DNA of 27,621 nt from a virus (lineage: Duplodnaviria > Caudoviricetes). Shown here in pieces: positions 22,620 to 27,621 of this stretch. The position numbers were made by a program, and so were the translations under genes. How positions within the stretch are numbered: position 1 is the stretch's first letter; each line of letters begins with the position of its first letter. The DNA is taken from positions 1 through 27,621 of the IMG/VR virus record IMGVR_UViG_3300032295_000269; one strand, 5' to 3'. The notes under the pieces are model-generated. The model did no database searches and was not told the DNA's origin. It saw only the letters and a list, made by a program, of their open reading frames with translations.

Positions 22620-22921
22620 GTTGGGCAGGAACAGAGCTAGAAGTTATACGCTGGTCTGAGGCAAGAGGCATAATAGCTAATTCAGACTCCAAGACGCAGT
22701 TGCTGAAAGCAGTCTCAGAAATGGGAGAGTTAGCAGATGCCATTATTAAGCGGGATCGACCTAGTATTATTGATGGTCTTGGTGATGTGCTTGTTTGTCT
22801 TATTAATGTCGGGGCTTTAGAAGACATAGACCTGACACACTGCCTAGAATCAGCCTATAACGAGATTAAAGACCGTAAGGGCTACCTAAACAAAGACGGA
22901 GTATTCATCAAGCATGGATGA
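22616..22921 (+). CDS. MazG-like NTP pyrophosphohydrolase, ~101 aa
   Basis: SEMGELADA, DGLGDVLV and AYNEIKDRKG motifs. Confidence 0.85.
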   Translation: MSWAGTELEVIRWSEARGIIANSDSKTQLLKAVSEMGELADAIIKRDRPSIIDGLGDVLVCLINVGALEDIDLTHCLESAYNEIKDRKGYLNKDGVFIKHG

Positions 22922-23120
22922 TGTAAATAACCCAACACATTACACAGATGGCGGCATTGAAACCATTGATTTCATTGAAGCAAAGAAACTAGATTTTCAT
23001 CTAGGCAATGCAGTTAAATATATATCACGGGCAGGTAAGAAGGAAGATAAGCTCAAAGACCTACTAAAAGCCCAGTGGTACATTAATCGAGCTATCAATA
23101 ACGAAAATGCAAAAAGTTAA
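22914..23120 (+). CDS. DUF3310-like protein, 68 aa
   Basis: VNNPTHY..GGIETIDFI, GNAVKYISRAGKK and DLLKAQWY. Confidence 0.85.
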   Translation: MDDVNNPTHYTDGGIETIDFIEAKKLDFHLGNAVKYISRAGKKEDKLKDLLKAQWYINRAINNENAKS

Positions 23121-23427
23121 TCAAGAAATCTACGCTAAATTAATTAAGCATTTAATAAAACATGACGCAACGATTGAACAACTGGCTAAAAAAACAGGGC
23201 TGCATAAAGTAACGGTAGGAAGCCTAGTTCGCACGTTCAAAAAAAACAATCTGGTGCATATCTGCGACTGGCAAAAAGATGCACTAGGCCGGGATCAGAC
23301 AATGGTTGTCCGCTGGGGATTTAGCAAAGATAAACCTCGGTTTGCTTTCTCAGCGGCTGACCGGCAGCGACTATCCCGGTTACGCAAAAAAACCAACTGG
23401 ATTACACCCTTATTAGTTGACCCCTAA
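23107..23427 (+). CDS. Putative winged-HTH DNA-binding protein, 106 aa
   Basis: TIEQLAKKTGLHKVTV HTH-like segment; converges on and overlaps the phosphoesterase end. Confidence 0.65.
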   Translation: MQKVNQEIYAKLIKHLIKHDATIEQLAKKTGLHKVTVGSLVRTFKKNNLVHICDWQKDALGRDQTMVVRWGFSKDKPRFAFSAADRQRLSRLRKKTNWITPLLVDP

Positions 23428-24358
23428 ATACTACGTGGTCATCATCCCAGACCTCACATAGCTCAGGTGGCAGCAGTTTACCGTCAACAAATGTAAGCAC
23501 AGCAAAGCCTGACCTATGGTTCTTTGGGTTGTCTTCCGCATACTCAAACTGGTCACCGTTGACATCCGCTAGTGAGCCAGTATCCACACCATAACGAGTG
23601 CCGTTATAGTCTGTCCAAGGCGTAACCTTCAACGAATGCAGATGCCCGGTAATAATGCTTGCACCAGACTTTAGAGCATTGTTGTAGACCGCATGGATGC
23701 CATTATGATAACGATGTTTCACCATCGTATTATCATTGACCATAATTGATGTAGAGAACTTCCATAGCGGGAAATGGTCAGTTAAGTTCATGCCCTCAAC
23801 GCCTCGCCACGAATCCCCTACCTGAGCCGCTAGACGGGCGTTAAAGCGCGTATCGTGGTTGCCCCATGTCCAGTGTAGGGCAGCACCTTTTGCGGCCTTC
23901 TCAACCTCATCTAGGCGTTCCTGACAGGCTTCTAGCTCTTGTTTTACGGTAGGCGTATATCCCCAGCCTGAAACCGGGTGTCTAGAGATACTGGCCCCGT
24001 CAAATACATCCCCATTCATAACGACCATCCGAGGCTTCAAGTCCTTAATGATCTTTACAAATGCACGATGCGCTGTGCTGATAATGCCAGGCCAGTAGTG
24101 GCAATCTGAGCCTACAACAATAATTCCGTTTTCTAACTTTACGTTTGTTCTAACATTGTTTTGAGCGTAGGTTACTTGGAAGTCAGGGCTATTCTTGGCA
24201 ACCCCAGCTAGAACAATCCCCTGCTTTTCTTCAATTACTCGTCTTCGTTTAGCTACATTTCTTTCAGCAATACCTAGAATCTGTGACACTTCTTTAACAG
24301 ATCCGTGTTTATTCCACAAAGCAATAAATTCTTGCTCAGTGCAAGTTGCCTTAGTCAT
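23402..24358 (-). CDS. Calcineurin-like metallophosphoesterase with N-terminal HTH-like segment, ~318 aa
   Basis: SDCH, NGDVFD, GNHD and TGHLH motifs; GAGGA SD before MTKATC. Confidence 0.85.
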   Translation of the reverse strand: MTKATCTEQEFIALWNKHGSVKEVSQILGIAERNVAKRRRVIEEKQGIVLAGVAKNSPDFQVTYAQNNVRTNVKLENGIIVVGSDCHYWPGIISTAHRAFVKIIKDLKPRMVVMNGDVFDGASISRHPVSGWGYTPTVKQELEACQERLDEVEKAAKGAALHWTWGNHDTRFNARLAAQVGDSWRGVEGMNLTDHFPLWKFSTSIMVNDNTMVKHRYHNGIHAVYNNALKSGASIITGHLHSLKVTPWTDYNGTRYGVDTGSLADVNGDQFEYAEDNPKNHRSGFAVLTFVDGKLLPPELCEVWDDDHVVFRGQLIRV

Positions 24359-24366
24359 GATTTCCT

Positions 24367-24567
24367 CTAATTGGAAAAACGATGAAATTCCCCGCACCAC
24401 TCATCCCGAGCTACCACCGGAAACAGGGAGTCAAAGTCACCTTCGCCTAAGTGCATTACTTTAGGCGGGTAACGATAGCAAAATCCAAGTTCATCTTTAG
24501 GGTCAGCCTTAAAGAATGAACAAGACTGACAAGCTGGCATACAGTCTGCCGGAAGTTTTTTAACCAT
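24367..24567 (-). CDS. Small Cys-rich protein, ~66 aa
   Basis: C.PACQSCSFF...GFCYRYPP...WCGEF; start MVKKLP overlaps the upstream gene end. Confidence 0.7.
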   Translation of the reverse strand: MVKKLPADCMPACQSCSFFKADPKDELGFCYRYPPKVMHLGEGDFDSLFPVVARDEWCGEFHRFSN

Positions 24568-24868
24568 TAGTTTTGTTGCTCTTGTACTCAGGTTCAGTAG
24601 GCAACAATTGAAAAGACTCAGCGGGCCAAGTTCTATTCTCACCAGACTCAAAGACTACTAAGATTGCATTACCTCTCCGTGTCCAACAAAACCTGACGTA
24701 AGATTCTGTCCCAAAGGCATAACCATCGTTCATGCCCATGACACCACAGTAATGATCCCTCGTCGTTATAACCGTCCAACCACCTGCATTATTCTGAAAC
24801 CCTGCTGCTTCTTCGGCAAAACTATAACAAGTTATTAACGATAAGACAACAACAGCGATTCGTTTCAT
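24560..24868 (-). CDS. Putative secreted/periplasmic protein, 102 aa
   Basis: Signal-like MKRIAVVVLSLITCYSFA; N.AGG..VIT and CW motifs. Confidence 0.7.
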   Translation of the reverse strand: MKRIAVVVLSLITCYSFAEEAAGFQNNAGGWTVITTRDHYCGVMGMNDGYAFGTESYVRFCWTRRGNAILVVFESGENRTWPAESFQLLPTEPEYKSNKTNG

Positions 24869-24877
24869 GCTAGCCCC

Positions 24878-25348
24878 CTATTTGGTTAAGGCTTCGTATT
24901 GGTCTCGACATTGTTTGAGGAGGATGCGGAGTTCGTCTCCTCTGGCAGCTTCCCTCGCAAGAAACTCTCCATCCGGGCGGTAAAGCTCTTTTCCAGTACA
25001 TCCGGCGGGAGTGGATCCATTACTGGCGGTGCTGGGCAAGGCACTGGCTTCGGTGGTGGGGCGCTCCGACCTATCGCGCAAGCTGTTAGTAAGGGCAGTA
25101 GCACGAGCATTAAGATTACGGATTTCACGGTCTTTCTCCTGTCTTATAACGTCTGCATTGGCTTGTAATTGCTGTTCCTTGGCCCTAGCCTCAGATTGAG
25201 CCTGTGCATAAGCAGCCTCCTGAACAGAGCGCTCCTTATCCCATTCCTGTTGAACCTTAGCCATGCCTAATTCACGGCCTTGATACATACCAGCACCGCC
25301 AGCAGTAGCAACAGCCAAGACAACACCAACAATCAGCCACGGATTCAT
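24878..25348 (-). CDS. i-spanin (Rz-like), 156 aa
   Basis: N-terminal TM, long Ala/Gln coiled coil and C-terminal Cys; downstream of endolysin and holin. Confidence 0.75.
   Translation of the reverse strand: MNPWLIVGVVLAVATAGGAGMYQGRELGMAKVQQEWDKERSVQEAAYAQAQSEARAKEQQLQANADVIRQEKDREIRNLNARATALTNSLRDRSERPTTEASALPSTASNGSTPAGCTGKELYRPDGEFLAREAARGDELRILLKQCRDQYEALTK
24886..25128 (-). CDS. o-spanin (Rz1-like) lipoprotein embedded in Rz, 80 aa
   Basis: AGGAG SD and GTG start; lipobox LTA-C; Pro-rich mature part; fully nested in another frame of Rz. Confidence 0.75.
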   Translation of the reverse strand: MKSVILMLVLLPLLTACAIGRSAPPPKPVPCPAPPVMDPLPPDVLEKSFTARMESFLRGKLPEETNSASSSNNVETNTKP

Positions 25349-25509
25349 TTCTGCCCCGGCACTTTCTTGCCTTCTAGCTTCTTATGAACCTTGATCGTCT
25401 TGCAGACTTCCTTCTTAGTCTTAGCGTCTACGTGGCAGACCTTCTTCATCTCGCCACCAGCAAACGCAATAAGTGGAACAAACGCAATAAGCGCAATAAG
25501 GCTTTTCAT
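25345..25509 (-). CDS. Small secreted basic protein, 54 aa
   Basis: GGAG SD; signal MKSLIALIAFVPLIAFA; two Cys; ATGA-coupled to Rz. Confidence 0.7.
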   Translation of the reverse strand: MKSLIALIAFVPLIAFAGGEMKKVCHVDAKTKKEVCKTIKVHKKLEGKKVPGQK

Positions 25510-25510
25510 A

Positions 25511-25924
25511 TCAAATCTCCGGTTCATGGACAGGTGGAGGCGCTTTCTTACCGGCAAAACCTGTGGTTACCTCAACAGTAGTCACAACAGGCTCAATACG
25601 GCGCTTTGCAGGGGCTTCTTCTGATGGCAGGTTGTTACTAGCTGCACCGCCTAGCTTCTCCTGTGTACGTCCCCAAGCCGCCAAACCAAGCACTGCACCC
25701 ATAGCCATATGGAACAAGCCAGCACCTTGCAGCGTCATAGGTTGCCATTGACGGAAGGCATCATTAGCCGCTTGTGTCTCCCAAAACTGGATCACTGCCC
25801 ATAGGACTGGAGCTAGAACGAAGTCAAATATACATACACCCATGTACATCCAGCCCATTGCCGGACGCCATTTTGTATTCATCCAGTCATCTTTTGCTTT
25901 TTCGCTATCTGTCTTCTTAGTCAT
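25511..25924 (-). CDS. Holin (GTA 3TM-holin-like), 137 aa
   Basis: KWRPAMGWMY and GAVLGLAAWGRTQEK motifs; hydrophobic helices; follows the endolysin. Confidence 0.75.
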   Translation of the reverse strand: MTKKTDSEKAKDDWMNTKWRPAMGWMYMGVCIFDFVLAPVLWAVIQFWETQAANDAFRQWQPMTLQGAGLFHMAMGAVLGLAAWGRTQEKLGGAASNNLPSEEAPAKRRIEPVVTTVEVTTGFAGKKAPPPVHEPEI

Positions 25925-25925
25925 C

Positions 25926-26552
25926 TCAGCCCTCCATTACGTGCAGTGCATGGTTGTAATGCTTAATCCGGTCTTCTAGTCCAATGAAGCCACCGTTAAT
26001 TGCCTTAGTCAGACCCTTGATGTCACCCTTGTCAGCAAAGCGGTTCAGGTTATTAGTCTCCCAGAACCAGCAAGCAGACTGAGCAGCGCCTTCAAATGTC
26101 GCTAAGTACTCAGGCACATCGTTAATGTTCATCTCCAGACTGTCAGCAAATGCTTGATAATTATTACGTCCGGTAAGTTGGATAAGACCACGACCACAGA
26201 AACGCCAGCCATCACCACTAGACTCATCCCCATTACCCATACGATTCCCATAGGCTCGGTTGGCAATGTGCATTTGCTTGTTGAGTCTTGAGGCGTAGTC
26301 GTTGGCGATTGCATCTGTAGGGAAATACTTAGGGAAGATTTTGCGGAGGGTTGCTGGCTTGTAGTTCAAGTTCTCTTTCAAGACCATGAAATTACCAGAC
26401 TCATGAGCGCATTGGGCCACAAAGGCAGCAATACGTTTCGGGGTATCAATGTCGTAGTCTGGTAGCAACTGGGACAAGGCTTCATGCCAGTCAGCTACAT
26501 ACGGATTCTTAGGCAGCATCTTCTTGAGTTGCTCAAGTGTCAACACACTCAT
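25926..26552 (-). CDS. Endolysin, glycoside hydrolase family 19, 208 aa
   Basis: AAFVAQCAHES, ENLNY, GRGLIQLTGRNNY, SACWFW and INGG.IGLEDR. Confidence 0.92.
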   Translation of the reverse strand: MSVLTLEQLKKMLPKNPYVADWHEALSQLLPDYDIDTPKRIAAFVAQCAHESGNFMVLKENLNYKPATLRKIFPKYFPTDAIANDYASRLNKQMHIANRAYGNRMGNGDESSGDGWRFCGRGLIQLTGRNNYQAFADSLEMNINDVPEYLATFEGAAQSACWFWETNNLNRFADKGDIKGLTKAINGGFIGLEDRIKHYNHALHVMEG

Positions 26553-26800
26553 TCTTCACCCCTCATTTCACGTAAAACCTTTAGACGCAGCTCTTTCATC
26601 TTGCGGGTTTCTTCTTGTGCCCGGTACATCGCATTATTCATGTCCATGTACATCACACCCATGACAGGGAGTGCAATCATTAGCACAAAACACAAGACCA
26701 CCACGGCGATGAGAAGTGACCACGGTACGTCTGACTCAGACGAAGCATTACTAGAAGGCCGACGTACCACGCCACGACGAAAAGGATTGCTCCAACCCAT
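26549..26800 (-). CDS. Single-TM membrane protein, 83 aa
   Basis: TM segment plus C-terminal coiled coil; ATGA-coupled to the endolysin; start uncertain. Confidence 0.6.
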   Translation of the reverse strand: MGWSNPFRRGVVRRPSSNASSESDVPWSLLIAVVVLCFVLMIALPVMGVMYMDMNNAMYRAQEETRKMKELRLKVLREMRGEE

Positions 26801-27390
26801 ACTGCTTCTTCTTTCCTTTTTCTTGCTGCCCTGCGTCTTGTAAGTGCCTCAGCCTTAATCTTTGCAGTCTCACGCTTATGAGCCTCGTCTTGCTCAATGA
26901 TGATCTGCTTCCACATCTTTTCGTACTTAGTCCACAAGTCACCTAGCTCTGGAGGCGCTTTGTAGACCATAGTCTCCCGCAGCTCTACAATCATTGCATC
27001 CAACCTTGACCGTATGATGACCCGGTTTAATGCACGTTTGCCGATAGAGTCTGTGCCTGAGTAGACTTCCTTAGCCTCTGCTTCTTGTTGGATAAACGCC
27101 TTGCCGATAGCATCGTAGGCATCCATCAGCGCACCTAAGTCGTTACCAATATTTAGGAACACATCGTTAGGATCAGCCCTGCCTATCTCTTGAACCCGCT
27201 GTACTTCCTCGTTGTACTGTATCTTCTGAGCATTCGTCGGCGCTTTAATCTTACCGAACTGCGACTTCAGATCATCTAATACTTCCTTAACCTCACCTGC
27301 TGCGCCCTTGATGTCCTTATATAGCTGGCATCCTTTTTTAACGGCAGCAACCGCAGCATTAGCGGCAGCAAGTAGGGTTAGCGGATCAAT
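26680..27390 (-). CDS. Coiled-coil membrane protein, ~236 aa, apparent ATT start
   Basis: The frame stays open 76 codons upstream of the track start, back to ATT GAT CCG CTA (xDPLTLLAAANAAV), directly after an in-frame TAA. Confidence 0.7.
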   Translation of the reverse strand: MDPLTLLAAANAAVAAVKKGCQLYKDIKGAAGEVKEVLDDLKSQFGKIKAPTNAQKIQYNEEVQRVQEIGRADPNDVFLNIGNDLGALMDAYDAIGKAFIQQEAEAKEVYSGTDSIGKRALNRVIIRSRLDAMIVELRETMVYKAPPELGDLWTKYEKMWKQIIIEQDEAHKRETAKIKAEALTRRRAARKRKEEAVWVGAILFVVAWYVGLLVMLRLSQTYRGHFSSPWWSCVLC

Positions 27391-27398
27391 TTAGCGTC

Positions 27399-27590
27399 TC
27401 ACTTAGGCAAAGAACCATTACCAGCCATCCAGAACATTAGGCCCAATGCACCAGCGCCTACGATCCAGAATATCTTTTTAACGACGGAACGACCTACTTC
27501 TTCGTAGATCTTCTTAAATGCGACCTCAGCGGCTCTTTCAGCTATGGCCTCAATCTGATCGTCAGTGAGTGGGAGTTCTTTGTTAGACAT
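27399..27590 (-). CDS. Small membrane protein, 63 aa
   Basis: IEAIAERAAE.A motif and C-terminal TM; at the start of the lysis block. Confidence 0.7.
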   Translation of the reverse strand: MSNKELPLTDDQIEAIAERAAEVAFKKIYEEVGRSVVKKIFWIVGAGALGLMFWMAGNGSLPK

Positions 27591-27593
27591 AGG

Positions 27594-27621
27594 TCACTCG
27601 TAAAGGATATTGATCGTACCA
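27594..27621 (-). CDS. 3' end of an upstream gene, probably tail-related (partial)
   Basis: Reads ...GTINILYE-TGA, a C-terminus resembling phage tail proteins. Confidence 0.45.

Noticed and set aside
25461-25500. Short direct repeat (CGCAATAAG x3)
   Set aside because: It simply encodes the repeated LIA of a signal peptide.
1-27621. Prophage boundaries, integrase, transposase or diversity-generating retroelement
   Set aside because: No host genes, att-like repeats, recombinase or reverse transcriptase were seen; lifestyle cannot be determined from this window.

Overview
This is a fragment of a tailed dsDNA phage genome, most likely podovirus-type. The gene content suggests a betaproteobacterial (Burkholderiales-like), probably freshwater host; that is an inference from recalled family resemblance. 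The minus strand from 20.2 kb to 0 carries small early genes, a YdaU/DUF1376-type replication initiator, a DnaB/gp4-like helicase, a C5-cytosine methyltransferase, nucleases, three very basic small proteins, an acetyltransferase-methyltransferase-glycosyltransferase trio, TerS/TerL, portal, scaffold, major capsid, a second glycosyltransferase, an adaptor and tail proteins. The plus strand from 20.3 to 23.4 kb carries an early operon: ERF, SSB-like, HTH, MazG-like and DUF3310-like genes. The minus strand from 27.6 to 23.4 kb carries the lysis module (GH19 endolysin, holin, embedded Rz/Rz1 spanins) and a metallophosphoesterase. No integrase, tRNA, rRNA or CRISPR array was seen. The most notable observations are: (1) a methyltransferase apparently split over two almost fully overlapping same-strand frames, the second holding motif IX and three tandem 'WPTP' modules; (2) three stem-loops all ending in tRNA-like 'ACC', plus a pseudoknot, flanking an unannotated secreted 8-Cys micropeptide; (3) a three-way-junction leader RNA in front of the replication initiator; (4) a ~479-codon 'GLL-motif' gene broken by an in-frame TGA, with a convergent acidic mini-gene on its own promoter; (5) a probable virion-glycan tailoring cluster; (6) a gene that apparently starts at ATT. 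All family assignments come from motif recognition by eye; no database searches were run.
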